DNA of 57,242 nucleotides, the filler included, from Jimgerdemannia flammicorona (lineage: Eukaryota): assembly GCA_003990765.1 (NCBI GenBank). It is 2 parts of 2 records of this genome, joined end to end, with 100 filler letters (N's around TTAATTAATTAA, not from the genome) between each part and the next. Parts side by side here need not be neighbours in the genome. Positions count along the whole stretch, not along the records: positions 1 to 28,576 come from RBNJ01000550.1; positions 28,677 to 57,242 come from RBNJ01000551.1. One strand, written 5' to 3'. The translations under genes were made by a program, and so were the position numbers. Numbering within the stretch: the stretch's first letter is position 1; each line of letters starts with the position of its first letter. Below are positions 24,700 through 38,999 of the stretch, piece by piece. The notes beneath the pieces were generated by a model. That model ran no database searches, had not been told where the DNA came from, and saw nothing but the letters and a program-made list of their open reading frames with translations.

Positions 24700-27600
24700 A
24701 ATATATTTTACTTCTACTAAATAGTAAGGTCTTATATAGTTGCAGTATATTATATTCTTGAGTATAGCTCTATTCAAGGTCTTGAGTTGATAGATGTGAT
24801 TTATGAATACTTGATGTATGAGATAAGGTCCTTTTTATTTTAGTTCAAGTTTAGTACTTCAGTTTCCTTCTATGATAGTATATTATACTAAGACTTATTG
24901 TCTAATAAGTAGAAGTTCTAGGTTGGCTTTACAGTTATAATACTTTATTTACTATTCTTATATTTTAGCAATAAATTCTTATACTTGTAGTATACTTTAT
25001 ATAACTGGGTGATCTCTTCAGTGACTTGTTTTGTCAAATCTAGCTGAATCAGTTCAGCAGAGTCTTGTACTTCTTAGCCATATACTAAATAAAAGGGGGT
25101 CTATTGGATAGTAGTTACCTTTGAAGTATAGATACTGAATAGAATTACTAGAAAGTATATGTCTCAGTTTAGCTAATCTCTAGTTTTGCTGAGGCCTCAC
25201 TAGATGGTCTGGTTCATTTATTCAGTAAGTCTATTAGCTTATAGATGGTAGACTGTTATTGAGCACAGTTTGATCTTGAAGTTACTTGTAAAGATCTTTA
25301 TGACTTTTTTGACAAATTCTCAGCCTTGGTCTGTGATGATTTCTTTGGAAATCCCACAGTGGCTGAAAATTTTATCATATGAAATCTCAATAATTGTCTA
25401 AGCATCAGTAGTCTCAATGATAAAGACTTCAGGTCATTTTTTTTAGATAATCTTAGATAGTAAGAATATAAATAATATCTATTCCTAGTCTCTAAAAGAC
25501 TCTAGCTAGTACTGTGATTAGTATTAGTAGTGCTTTATCTATTGGCTTTTATCAGTATCTTTGACAGATATCATATTGTTAAATGTGAGTTGAAATTTGT
25601 TTCCTCATTTTTGGCCACCAGTATCTCTTCCAATTCCTCAGTATGTATTTTGATCATAATTGGTTATGAGTATTTTTGATATTTCATCTTCTTAGAGAAC
25701 TTAGATATATTGATCTCTTTCTACTCTCCAAAGTTCACTATTGTCTTCTTGAAATTTCTTAAAATTTCTTTGAATGAATAGCTTATTGGCTGGCTGAATT
25801 TCTTTCTTGAAGCTTCTGTAGTATAGGCTCTAGATGAGGGTGAGGCACAGTTCTCAGTTCATTTAGATGGATGGAAAGTAGTCTTCTCTTATAGGGACTC
25901 CTTCTCTTGAGTTTATGGAATTTTTGACAGAATATCAACATTGGAATTCTTGACATCTTTCTTGTAGACAATAGTGACCTGATATTCTTACAGAGATATA
26001 ATCCATCTTACAAAGATTCCTGAGGGTTCTGGTTTATTGAATAACTATTATAGAGCTTGGTGGTCAGTGATGAGAATAAATCTCTTTCTCAAGAGATAGT
26101 GTCTAAAGTGATCTACAGTCCATACTACTGTAAGATATTCTAGCTTGGTAGCTCTATAGTTTGCTTGTGTTTTATTAGTGGTCTTGCAAGCATACTCAAT
26201 AATATGTTCTTTCTTCTGATCATCTTGCTAGAATAGAATTGATCCAAGTTCAAGGACAGAGGCATTAGTTATCAGAATAAATAGTTTGTTAAAGTCTAAT
26301 TATACTAAGACAGGGGCTTCAGTGAGAGCCTTCTTGAGTAGGTCAAAGGACTTCTGTTATTCTTTCTTTCAGTAGAATGGTTGGTCTTTCTTGGAAATAT
26401 TATATAGTAGGGCTGCCTTGTCTGAAAATCTTGGAATAAATTACTAATAGTAAGATACCAATATAAGGAAGGATAGAGCTTCCTTTGCTGAGATAAGAGT
26501 TTGATAATCCTTGACTTTCTCTACCTTATATAGGTCTTGCAAGTATTGTTCAAATGTCTAAGAGTAGATTATTACATCATCTATATATACTAGTACATTT
26601 CTTCTAATGAGATCCTGGTAGATATAGTTTATTATTTATTGAAATAAGGTTAGTGTATTGCAGAGTCCAAATAGTATTTAGAGATATTTATACTGTCCTT
26701 ATCTAGTGATAAAGACTGTCTTGCAGATGTCATTCTTAGTAATAGGTATTACTTGGAATCCTTAAAACTGATTAGTAGTAATTATATACTTAGCTTTTTC
26801 TAGGGCATTGAGAAGGTTGTCAATTCTGGGTAGTGGGTAGATATCTTTTATAGTAATCTTATTAAGTTTTCTGAAGTCTACAACTAGTCTCTATTCTCCT
26901 TTCTTTGAAACTATAATTGCTATTAAAGCCCAGGGGCTTGATGAGAGTCTGATAACTCTATTTTATAGTATTTCATCTATATGTTGTTGTTTAAACTCAA
27001 TCAGGTAGTATGGTGTTCAGCAGGGGTGCTGTTGAATTGGTTTGGCATCTCCTATATATATAGTATATTCTCTGTATTGATATGATAGAAAGTTATTATA
27101 TGTAGTGATAAATATATCTTCATATTCTTTTATCAACTTCTATATCTATTCTATTGTTGCTGATCCTTGGTCAGAGTTGTTTTGATATTAATGACTTTGA
27201 TTACTGAGTCTTTCTCTCTAGTACTATTAGTCTCACTAGAGATGGCATGCCATTTCTCAAAAATTTGAAGACTTCTTCTTTATAGATAACTATCAGTAAT
27301 TCAAAATATCTCAATATTATTCCTTTAGAGATTGTCACTACTTCAAAGCCCAGGTTTTGGATAGGAATATAAATTGATGATATCTGGTTATAGATTTATT
27401 CTTTTACTAAGAGGAGGTGATATCTTTCTCAGAGTTCTATTGATGGCTTGAATATCAGATAATTGATATCTGTAGGTAGATATATATCAAGACCTTTTTG
27501 CTAATATAGTTGAAAGAGGATATCTTCTTTTGCTCAAATAGAGTAGCAGATGTGGGGTTTCATTTAGTGGAACTATACTACTATTGCTATATAGACTTCA

Positions 27601-27860
27601 ACAGGTAGTAGTGAGAGAGTTCTATTGGTACTTTCAAATTCTCCTTGTTCTCTCTAATTGATTCATCTCTTGAATAGTGGGCTATAATATCTTAATGAAC
27701 GGAATTTGACAGATGGCTTCCAAGGGGTTAAAGACTTGATAGTTTCTACTATTATTGCAAATAATGACTTCTTTTTCTACTGTAATTCCTTTGGCTGCCA
27801 GAGATAACCTTGATACTAGTTACCCATAATGTCCAGATGATATAGCAAGTATAATTTGAA
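24700..27860 (-). pseudogene. pol: Gypsy pol remnant
   Basis: dUTPase piece GHYG*LVSRLSLAAKGITVE (~27765-27840). RT motifs [31 protein letters not shown] and YIDD (26576-26587). RNase H motifs TNAS, ANYRATKLE, ITDHQAL. Integrase ITDQG; GPY at ~24825. Confidence 0.9.
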
Positions 27861-28186
27861 GGTTAAAGGTCCTGGTAGTTCTAGGGCAGAGTATTGTCTG
27901 ATAGGAGAGATAGAGATTATAATCTACTGATCCTTTTGTTTATACAAGAGGAGGTTGTGCCCAGGATGATAATAGCTTTACTTGAATAATTGGCTGAGTC
28001 TTGAGGAATGATGTCCCAGTGGTTACTACTATAGAAGAGAACTCCATACATTCTAACTTGAAGAATTACCAATATACTTTAGTCTTTGGATTCCTTATAT
28101 AGTTGAATCCAGTTCTTCCAAGTTAGTCTAAGGCTTCTATAAAGGTGAAGACAAGATTGACTCCTTGTTTGTCTTAGTGTGGCTAG

Positions 28187-28536
28187 TGTAACGGTGACCC
28201 CAGAATGATGATATCAGCACAGAAATAGCCTTTCTTTACAAGCCACCAGATCAGAGTACAAGAAGATTATACAGCATATGAGATGAGAAATGATGACCAA
28301 CTGTGAGTCATTGTGACCACAGCACAAGCATCCTGAAGAATATAAAAGAAGGATCAAGGAACCACAGTAGCAGCAACCAACAAGAACCCCCAATCCCAAA
28401 ATAGCTCAAAGACTTACTACAAATAAAATGTCTGCTGCTTGTCAAACCTCAAGGTCAAGGAATCATCAAGGTATCTCGGTTGAGGAAAGGATGTTCCAAG
28501 ACATCAGAAGAGCCATGAGGACCCACTCAAGAAGGA

Positions 28537-28539
<3 letters not shown>
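28187..28539 (+). mobile_element. 5' part of a younger family C LTR, cut by a poly(A) tail at the contig end
   Basis: TGTAAC start, TATAAAAG at ~28341, ORF ATG at 28428. Direct repeat of 17002-17363. Confidence 0.82.

Positions 28540-28576
<37 letters not shown>
28540..28576 (-). repeat. Poly(A) tail of a probable LINE insertion at the contig end
   Basis: A 37-nt T-run abruptly interrupts LTR C; the copy at 17360 continues without it. Confidence 0.7.
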
Positions 28577-28676
28577 NNNNNNNNNNNNNNNNNNNNNNNN
28601 NNNNNNNNNNNNNNNNNNNNTTAATTAATTAANNNNNNNNNNNNNNNNNNNNNNNNNNNNNNNNNNNNNNNNNNNN
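28577..28676. other. Artificial assembly spacer N44-TTAATTAATTAA-N44
   Basis: Exactly 100 nt; the central 12-mer gives stop codons in all six frames. Confidence 0.97.
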
Positions 28677-31600
28677 AGCCTCGCCACCAGATATTCAAAA
28701 TGTCCAACAGCAACCATTCCCAATGGGCCACCTTGTCACCAACCCCGACCCGCCACCCTTCTTCAAAGACATGAACCCAGTGCCCAGCCAACCCAACCCA
28801 CATAGCCAAAGCCCAACTAAGGGTCAGTCATTCATCCCCAACCCCACCCACCAGTCTCTGGCGAAGCTCTCCCCATCTCCCCCCTCCCTCTCCCTCTATA
28901 GCATCCAGCCCCACCTGGTCCATAATACATCTCCAGAACTCCTCCAAAACCTCACATTCACCAAGCCAATGTTCAGGCATTTGTATCACTCCACCCTCCT
29001 GACCAATGTTGAAACAATCCTCACACTCGAATATCCCACCGGCCACCAAGTATCCTGACCAATAGTTCAACATCACATTCCTCCATAGGACCTACCACCA
29101 CACCACCCAGAACTTGGGGGGCAGCCACTGCCTCACCTATTTGCTCCAACACCAGAGGCCATTCCAATCCCACTCCTCACCAATTCCAACCCTCTGCCAG
29201 GCTTCTGGCTACAGGTCTCCACCCAGGCCTCGCAGATACTCCAGACCCTCGCCAAGCTGAAAGTTCTCCACCGGAATGCCACCCAGTAGAAGCCTGTCCC
29301 ACCACCACATCCGCAGGTCCCAAACCTCCTCAGCTTCATCACCTTGCCACCAAAGTCCAATTTTCTTAGCACCATCTACCACCCCCCACCAAAAGCCCAT
29401 AAACCACATCCTCCTGCTCCCCTCCATGGCCACCATTGCGAGCAAGTCACTGGAACCACCACATGGGGAGTACTGAACCTCCCACAATCTCTGCATGAGT
29501 GGCACCCACTCTCGACCCCAAAGCTCACTCGCCCTTCACAGCCACCAGGCTCTCAGACAAAGAAGCCGCTTAGTAAAGTCCACTAAACCCAGCCCACCTC
29601 TCTCCAAGGGCAGTGTGAGCACCTCCCAACCAACCTGGCTTCACTGCCCTCTCCAGATCCATGACCTTGCCATCTTCAACAGCCTCTTGACCACTCAGGC
29701 TGGAAAGTCCAAGTAATATCTAACATACCACAGCTTCGGCATCCAGTATACATTCAACACCATCACCCTCCCGGCTAGGGACATATGCCAGCCTCTCCAA
29801 TGTAGCAAAACATTACCCCACTCCAGAAGTTTATGGTCCCACCATGCCCAGGGAAGAAGAGATCCAAACACCGAGAAGTAGATCTCCAAGTAATATACCA
29901 GTTCACCAGCTGGTACCACTGTCCCAATGATATCGCCACCAACAATTCCAGTGCCCAGCACCAGTGTCTCACATTTGTGCCAGTTTGGCTTAGCACCAGA
30001 ACCCCTCTCATACTATTCCACAGTCCTCTGTAACTCTCTCACATCCACCAAGGAGCCCAGCCCGACCACCATATTATCAGTAAAGGCCCCCACCTTCCAG
30101 TTAACCCCTAAAATGTCCAAACCTCCAATCTGATACTGAATTCTGTCCAGTAGTGGCTCCAGAGAAAGGGCATACAAAATGGGCAACAAGGGGTCTCCTT
30201 GTAGTACCCCACATCTCAGGGGAAAGGTCACCCCTCTGTGGCCATTGATGACCAATGCCACCTGACTATCCTCCAAGAGGCTGATCAATGATCCTCGGAA
30301 CCCCGGAGGAGTACCAATCCACTTCAGCACACCCTCTAGCCATATTCTCCGCACTCTATCATAAGCCTTCTCTTGGTTCAGAAACACCAATCGGCCATCC
30401 ACCCCTACTGCCCGGGTACCTTCAATCACTCCATGAACCCAGGCTGTCCCATCTTGAATCAACTGACCACTGACAAACCCACACTGTTCTACACCAAGCA
30501 CCTGCTGGGTGATTCCTTGCAGTCTCAACACCAAAATTTTCATCACCAGTTTGCGGTCTATATCAAGAAGCATAATTGGCTACCAGTTCTTCCAGTCCTC
30601 TCGTCTCCCCTTATTCTTATAGAGCAAGGAGACTAGCCCTAAGCGCTGTCCCCCAATCCAAACACCAGACCAAAGAACTCTATTGCACATAGCCATCATT
30701 TCCTCAAGCACCTCACCTACCCCAGTCATCTTCTGTCAAAAATCCCAGGGAAGTTCATCCTCTCCCGGGGCTGTCCCCTTACTCGTCGAGGCCACAATCC
30801 TGCAAATTTCCTCACCACTCACTGGGTCCCCCAATGCCCCAAGTCCCAACGCAGGGTTTGGGTGCCAATCCCCCAGCTGCCTTTCAACATCCAGAGCATC
30901 CAATTCTCCTTCCTCCTCACTCCAAAGATGCTTCTACCGGGTTCGCAATAGTCCTAGAATTGCCGGAGTCCCCACCATCAGCTCGCCATCTGCATCCAAA
31001 ACTCCCTCCCACCGCTTCCTTGTTTGTCATGCTTGTAACAACTGTGACAGGAACCTAGTTGGCCTCTCTCCCTCCTCAAGCCCCTGCCACCACAGGCGGG
31101 CCACTATTTCCTACAACTGCTCCTTCTCCTCCCTTCGTAGCACCCCTTTAAGCTCCTCTACCTCCTGCCAGATCCTTACTATATGCCAATCAGTCACATC
31201 CCCATCCTCCAGCACACCTGCCCATCTTTCCATAAGTGCTGCCAGATGCCGTAAGGCCCACTACACCCACCGCCTGTGCTGGGTATATTTCTCTTTCCCA
31301 GCTTCCCTCCAATACCCCTGAGCATTTGCCTTCAGTCTTCTCCAGCAGTCCCCAATCGCCAGTCCTTGTTCCTGCCACCTGCCAATATTACCCACCACCT
31401 CTGCTTCCCAACCCTCCCACAATACCCTATCCTCTAACAAGGAAGAATTTAGCTGCCAATGTCCAGGCCCATCCTCATTTCCCCCAAACCTCCCTCCTCC
31501 AAGTAGCCCCCAGTGATCAGACCATAGATACCATACAACTTCCAGCCCCGACCAGACATCTGCTCCCCAACACTCCGCTGTTAGAACCCAATCAATCCTG

Positions 31601-32193
31601 GAGCCCAACCCTGCTGCTCAATGGGTGTACACCCACCGATCAGCCCAAAAATGTCTCTCCGAGTCCACTAGAGAACTCAACCTCTTCATCTCCAATCAGT
31701 CACCCAACCCACCACTCTCACCCCGCATGCCTCTCCCACCATCAGTTCTGTCCAACTTCTTATCCTGTACTATATTGAAGTCACCCCCCAAACAGTCCAG
31801 TCCAACTCCTCCCAATACACCAGCCTCATTTAATTGACAAATCCAATCCACCCTCTCCCCTCTCTCAGCTGGGCAGTAATAAGACCCAACCATCAGCAGG
31901 CCCCATCCAGGCCTCTTCCACACTCTCCACACCACCCAAGATGCCCAATGTCCAATGTCCCCAATGTCCCCCATCCCTTTCCAAACAAGAATACACACTT
32001 TCCCCCTCCAAACTGCTGCACCCCCCCATTTCTTAGTCCAATCCTGTAAGTCCACATCTGCCTCATAACGAACATCCTGCAATAAAAAGAGGTCTGCATC
32101 CAGTCTCTTAAGCTAACCGAAAAAATACTTCCTCCTAGCCACCCCCTGTAACCCATTAATATTCAGCTAGAATATCCTAGTTGTACTATTCAT
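28677..32193 (-). pseudogene. LINE ORF2 (endonuclease-RT-CCHC), disrupted
   Basis: ATG at 32193. Motifs LLQDVR, GGDFN, SRIDW, SDH, LNQEKAYDRV, QGDPL, FTDN and CEDC..HWLGEC. Confidence 0.9.
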
Positions 32194-32224
32194 AATGAAG
32201 AAATGTTGCAACCAAGACCCCAAC

Positions 32225-34133
32225 CTATAATTCCATGCTCATCTCATCTCCTGCCAGATCCAAGTGCCATTCAGCTTCCAAGTCACCTTCTGCAATATCC
32301 TGAGCATCCAGTGCCCCCAAGATTTCCTGACATTCCACCCTGTCCACTTCCTCCATATCCACCCGGTAGTCCAAGCAGACTGCATGCCACTTTGCCAGTC
32401 CCTTCCTTGAGTTCCACAAGAAAGTGCCCTGTCACTTGCAATCTTCCTAAGTTCCTCCTCCTGCTGACCATCAACTTGATATTCGACCAGGAGGACAGCT
32501 AGGATCTCATTCCTCATCTTCCTTGGCACCTCCTCCCCCTATAGAATCTCCTCCCAGTGCCTCTCCTCCATCACCTGGAAGTCCTCACCCCCTAGCTCTT
32601 CAGCCGCTACCCCTTCCAGGGTCTTCTACATCCACTTCTCCTCATCCACCACCTCTGCCACACCTTGAGCGATTTGTCCCCCATCTACCTCAGGGTCCAC
32701 CAGCATGCTCCTCCTTACTGACTCATCCCACTCTTCATCCGGCACATCCATCAGCTCCTCCTCCCCCTCTGCTCCATCCGGAACACTATACTGAGGGTGC
32801 ACACCCTCCCCCATTTCGGCATCTGCTTTCAAATTGCCCTCCCTCTCCTCCCCCACTCCAATCTGAGCCCCACCCTGGGCCCTCTCTCCCCCCTCAGCCC
32901 AGGCACTCTCCTGCAACCCTGCAACTCCCTCCCCTGAGCTTCCACCAGCCCTACTCCCACTCAACTTCGCCAACAGCTCCTTCTGGATCTGCCTCCCCTG
33001 CATCTTCTCCCAGGCCCCCTTCTCCATCTGGACCCTCTACCCATCCACCTCCCCCACTACTGTCCTGGCCTCAAACTCCTTCCAGGCCAATCTCCTCCTT
33101 GCAACTGCCCCTTCCAGATCCTCCAGAGCCTTCAACAGGTCCTCCTCCTCCTCCTGGGTCCCCTTCACCCTTGCGACCTTACACTCCACCAGTCCCCATC
33201 TCAACATTGCTGGCCAGTCCCTTGACTTCCCCGTATTCTTCTTCCCAGCCAGCCTCACCCTGACATCAACATCACCAGTTTGAAGCTCCATTCCCTCCCA
33301 GACCTTGAATCCAATATTGACAATATCGCCATACTCCTGGATTGCCACCACAACCAACTCCCTGGTCCTCTCCTTCGATATGGTAGGGAGATCCAACACT
33401 GTCAACTGCACTACTCATGGGTCCCAGCACATGCACCAGGCCATAGGGACTACAACCCCTCCAACCATCAACCCCTTCTCTATGGCTGCCAACAAGGCAT
33501 CTTCCTCCTCAAACCCCACCTCAACCCCTTCCTTTCCCCTCAAAAACTTCACCGACGCCGCTCCCTTAGCCTCCTGCACCACCAGCCCCAAAATCATCCT
33601 TGCCATCACTGCCAAGCCCCAGAAGCACATTGTGACCACAATTCTGACCTCGACTTCTTGAGTAATGGGGCCGACACCATGCCCATCACCCCATCTGCCA
33701 GGTCTCTGGGCCTCATGCCCCCGCCCAGTCCCAAATTGCCAACCACTATCACATCTGGATTTTTTGCCAGATCTCCAGTCACAGCCCCATCAACAGTCAC
33801 ATCTCCAGCCCCTACTTCCACTCCTCCCCTGCCACCTGAGACTCCCTTAGATGCACCTCCCTGTCCCCCAGTAGCAGCTGTCGATGCCATCCCCAGGCCC
33901 AGCCAACCATCAAGGCCTGAGGCCATCTTGCCCATTCTGACCTTGTCAGCAAAGGTCAACCTCTCCCCTCCTCTCTGCCTCAGCCTGTCCCTCCCTCCAC
34001 CACCAGGACCTCGGCTAGCCATCGAGGCCTCCAGCATCCCCAAACCATCTTCCCTCCTTCCCACCTGCTGCCAGCCAAAGGCACTGTCACCCCCCTGGCC
34101 AGTACGCTCACCAGTTCAATCATTGCCATCCAT
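32225..34133 (-). pseudogene. LINE ORF1, disrupted
   Basis: ATG at 34133; fragments are homologous to copy 1 ORF1 and end in EMSMEL*. Confidence 0.85.
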
Positions 34134-34215
34134 GTTGCTAGTCGCTAAATACTGAAAACATAGTAAAAAGTGTTGTCTGAGTCTTGTGTCACCCAAATGT
34201 TACTGGTGAAAGATG

Positions 34216-35651
34216 ATTATATAGGGTTTCATCTATCTGCTGATTTCATTAGAGTACTTCTTTTTTTGAATGAAGTCTGTCTCACTTGTTGCAGATATAG
34301 AGGTCAAATTGTCCTTATACATCAGGTTCAATTCTCTCCAGATTTTTAGATAGTTCAGGATAAATTCTAGTTCAGAGGTTGGGCTTTATATCAACTTGTA
34401 GGAATTCTTAAAAGAGTTTGTAGCAGGGTGAGAAAGCATCTTGAAGTAGAATTAGATTGTAAACTGCTACTACTAAGTTGTAAGAGAGTTACCTTGTTAG
34501 AGTAACTGTTATAGTTCTGGAAGGTTTTCTGAAAGTTCTAGATATTCTGAAAGATTATTTTCTTAAGGTCAAGATCAATTTCATATGGAGTACATTCTCT
34601 ATACTTATTGATTTTAAGATCAGGTTAACATCTCAACCAAAGTCCTTTTTCAGACTAGTTCTGGAGGTTCAGGATTTTTCATATTTCAGGAAGTTCAAGA
34701 AACTAAGACCAGCTTAGTTGAATCAGCATATCACTGTAGACAATACCCAATTAGGAAATTTCATGATAGAGTTAAGAGTGGGATCTAATGGGGAGTAGAT
34801 TTACTTAAGAGTGATTTGTGGGTTATTAAATAGGTTTATTCACTATTTATGATATTGCTATACTAGGAGTAGTTGTATAAAGGGATATTGTAAGAAAGTG
34901 TTCAGGAATTATATTTGAATTGTTCAAGTCTTCAAGTCTGAGATTCTGAGATCTGGGAGAGAGGGTAGTTATACTAGTAAAGGGCTATCTGAACTAGGCT
35001 AGATATGGATGTAGCACTTAGTACTTTGCTGAGTTGGAATGCAGTCATATAGTACAAGTGTGATCTGATATATCAAGAGATTGTCTGACTACTGAGTCAG
35101 TTTACAGTTATATTACATAAGACTAATCTAACTATACTATAACTGCTAAGCTGTCTATAAATTTAGATGCTGTCTGGATAGTCTTTGATGATATCACCAT
35201 CAATGACATTATCTCTGATGAAGTAGTTATCTAGGAAAAGTTGTTCACAGATTAATTCTCCTTATTTACTAAGATAATAATATATTAGAACTTTGTCACC
35301 ATTCTACAGAATAGTATTATCTGTCTTATATACTGGATAAGGAGTTGGTGAGTGAAGGAGAGGTACATCATCTTCACTTTTATCAGATTTGCTATCTGTA
35401 TACCTTCTATAGATAATGGTACTATAAGTTGTAGAGTTGTAGTATGCTGGTAGTTGTGCTTCATGTTGTTCATATTCTGGTGGTAGAGTTATTGGTTCAA
35501 TCTCAAGGATTGTTTGAAGGTATAGATTGTGTTCTCTAGTCTCTTCATTATAGTTGAAGTAATCAAGAGTGAACATAGATTGGTACTTGAGCTAGTGGTC
35601 ATTGTCCCAATAGGTCTCATAGGTAGTTATGAACTTTTGTAAGTTCATCAG
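34216..35651 (-). mobile_element. Family A LTR retrotransposon fragment A1 (partial LTR 34397-35651, PBS, leader)
   Basis: Reverse complement of ~36555-37895 and ~53235-54640. Confidence 0.85.
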
Positions 35652-38600
35652 TATAAGCACACAACCTCCAAGCCACTGAAATTACACATCACCCTCTGAA
35701 TGCCACTGAAATCACATGTGCCAGCTGAACAAATCTGGAAATCACCTACTTGATCATAAAGCTGAGTCAAACTGAAGTCACAAGCATACAAAGCTGAGTC
35801 AATATGAAGTTACAGAACATAAGATTTATACAAACAGAATCTTACCAATCAGGACCAAATATATATATACCAAGCACCAAGACATGTCAAAATAGAGAAC
35901 CAAAACAAACAACAACCACAACTTCTAAACATATACAAACATGACTACCAAGATCTATAACCATATCTGAACTGACATTTGGAATGCCATTGTCAACCAA
36001 GCCACACCCCTCTGCCCCTCATAAATATCCATAGTCTAGCACTTCTCTACTTTGTGGAAGTCCGATGGAATGCTCTGAATATACTTAGCGAGATATACTG
36101 AATTGGACAAATTTCAAGCTACTATCAGATCAGCTGCCTCTTAGAAGATATGGTCAAACACCACTATGATACAGATATCATACAGATGTCTCAACACTAG
36201 AAACTCATTGCCTGCAAACACTGAGAACTCTTTTATGAGTATAGCACCATTATTCCCCATTTCTGAGTTACTATCAGTGAAATGGTTACTACTCTATCCT
36301 ATGGTCAAATTGACAACATAATACAAGAACTCAACCACAAGTACCTCAAATATATTCAGACTATAGACAGAACCTTCTCGCACCCCAATGACCATATTCT
36401 GCAAATATCTCAAGTCAGATATGTAATGAAGAATGTCTATGATATAATCTGATTTGATGAGAATAAAGCAGAAGACAATGATCCCTCTGATGCCAACATA
36501 ACTGCAAGCCAAGGATCTCTGCCAACCCTGATCACTCTGCCAATCTTGCCAATAAACTTATAATAGTTCATAACCACCTATGAGACCTATTGAGACAATG
36601 ATCACTGGTATAAATAACAACCAGCATTCACCCCTGATTACTTCAACTATAATGAAGAGACAGGAGAATACAGCCTGTATCTCCAGACAACTCTCAAGAT
36701 TGAACCAACCACTCTACCACCCGAGTATGAGTGACATGAACCACAGCCACCAGCTTACTACAATTTCACAACTCATAGTGCTGTCAGCATATGAGACAGA
36801 TGATGCTATCCTGTAGAATGGTGACAAAGTTCTAATATATTACTACTTTAGTGAACAAGGAGAATTAATCCACAAACAACTCTTCCTAGATAACTACTTC
36901 ATCAGAGATGATACCATCAATGGTGATGTCATTGAAGACTAACCAGACAGTATCTAAATTTATAAATAGTTTAGCAGTCATAGTATAGTTAGATTAGCCT
37001 TGTATGATGTGACTGTGAACTGACTCAGCAGTCAGACAATCTCTTGACATGCCAGATCACATTTGTACTATATGACTGCATTCTGACTCAGTGAGACACT
37101 TAGTATTATACCCATATTCAGTATAGTCCAGATAGCCTCTTACTAGTATAAATACCCCCTCTCCCAGATCTCAGAATCTCAGCTTGAATACTTGAACAAT
37201 CTGAACACAACTCCTGAGCACTTCTCTACAATATCTCTTCACACAACTACTCCTAGTATAGCAATATCATGAATAGTGAATAAACCTATTTAATAACCCA
37301 CAAACTACTCTTAAGTAAATCTGCTCCCTGTTAGGTCCCACTCCTAACCCCATCATGAAATTTCCTAATTGGGTATTGTCTGCAGAAATATGCTAATTCA
37401 ACTAAGCTAGTCTTAGTTTCTTGAACTTCCTGAAATATGGAAAAATCCTGAACATCCAGAACTAGTCCAAAAAAGAACTTTGGTTGAGACATCAACCTGA
37501 TTTTGAAATCAATAAGCATAGAGAATGTACTCTATATGAAATTAATCTTGACTATAAGAAAACAGTCTTCCAGAATATCCAGAACTTCCAGAAAACCCTT
37601 CCAGAACTATGTAATAGTTACCCTAAAAAGCAATCCTCTTATAACTTGGTAGTAGCAGTTTATAATCCAATTCTGCTTCAAGACACTTCCTCACTCTGCT
37701 ATAAACCCTTCTGAGAATTCCTACAAGTTGGTATAAGCCCAACCTCTGAACTGGAATTTATCCTGAATCATCTGACAATCTGGAGAGAATTGAACCTGAT
37801 GTATAAGAATAATTTGACATCCACACCTGCAACAAGTGGGACAAACTTCATTTGAAGAAAGAAATACTCCAGTTAAATCAAAAAATAGGCAAAACTCTAT
37901 TCACTGAACTCCTTGCTCTACACCCAGCAAGTCAAGATGAAGAAGGTCTTATTGAAGCCTTCTTTACTCTTCTCAACAAGAGTTTTGTTAGCTCTACAAA
38001 TCCAAGTAACCTAGGACAACCATCAGTAGTCTTTCTAGCCTTAGTCCCTCATAAAGCCTAAGCCTCTGTAGCCAAGTGGCTCAACTCCACCAACTTTCAC
38101 CATACCAGGACCAAGACTGCATAATACTACTGATTCTAGAACAGCAAGGCCCACCATATTCTTAAAGAAGAAGCAAGAGAAATTCTTCATCAACTACCCA
38201 ACCCCAAACCAGAAGTAGGCCCTGCTACAGCTCTACCTAAACCTGAAACCAATACTGAACCAGAACTTGACTTTGAATTAAGTCCATCCAAAATCAGATA
38301 TACATATAACTGATTCTATCTACTTCAATACTGAGCAAACCCAACTATACAGGGACCAAACTGAAGAAAAGGAGGAGTATCTCAGTGAATTCAATCCTGG
38401 ATACACCACCAAAGGAGACACACCTCTATCAGGACAGAACATACCTATATAGCAACAGACACCTATTTATCAAGCCCTTACTCCAGACCCACAACTATTA
38501 CTCCAGCAACTTATACAGACTCAAAGAACACCCTCACACTCTACACTAGTACCTCAAGTAGTACCAGTAATATCACTACCAGCAGTCCAACCACCTCCAG

Positions 38601-38950
38601 CAAACAATATAGTGAACCAACAGATTCTAGACCTCACAGCCCAGGTAGCAATAATGGCAGCAACCATTACTACCTTAGCTGAACAGACCTGACCTACCAA
38701 AAATCTGAGCCTATCTACCTTCAATGGTACTGCACAAGAAGTCCAAAGCTTTATTAGTATAGTTGACACCAACTTTGAAGCCAATCAATGGACCAATGAG
38801 TGATTTGCTGACTGCTTTCTGATAAACAATCAAGACCATACTCTAGAACAACTCTTTGCTACCACTACAGCCTATGTCTGCCAAGTTGTTACATTCTTCT
38901 AAGAACCAGCTAAAGAATCAGTCTAACTAGTTACTGGTACACTTACTGGG
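35652..38950 (+). mobile_element. Family A LTR retrotransposon A2 (LTR 35652-37725, PBS, truncated gag)
   Basis: Direct repeat of 52370-55650. Termini TATAAG (from TGTAAG)...CCTACA, followed by TGGTATAAGCCC. Confidence 0.88.
35884..36957 (+). pseudogene. LTR-embedded accessory ORF, family A, copy A2
   Basis: Colinear with 52569-53723, with an internal deletion near 36785. Confidence 0.7.
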
Positions 38951-38999
38951 GAACATTCCTCTTGAGGTGGTTGACTTGAAGGAGATGTACTTCCTTCCT

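Larger units (their letters stand above)
23112..28186 (-). mobile_element. Ty3/gypsy element, family D (dUTPase remnant-RT-RNase H-integrase-3' LTR); 5' part lost at the LTR C insertion
   Basis: Domain order RT-RH-IN. A purine-rich tract at 24373-24382 is followed by TGTAAT at 24372. The LTR is related to family C. Confidence 0.88.
28677..34215 (-). mobile_element. L1/Tx1-clade LINE copy 3, close relative of copy 1; 3' end lost at the contig edge
   Basis: Colinear with ~255-5777 and has the same 5' terminus. Confidence 0.95.

Noticed and set aside
28428..28809. ORFs running through poly-F and X residues
   Set aside because: They cross the T-run and the artificial spacer; only 28428-28539 is meaningful (start of the LTR ORF).
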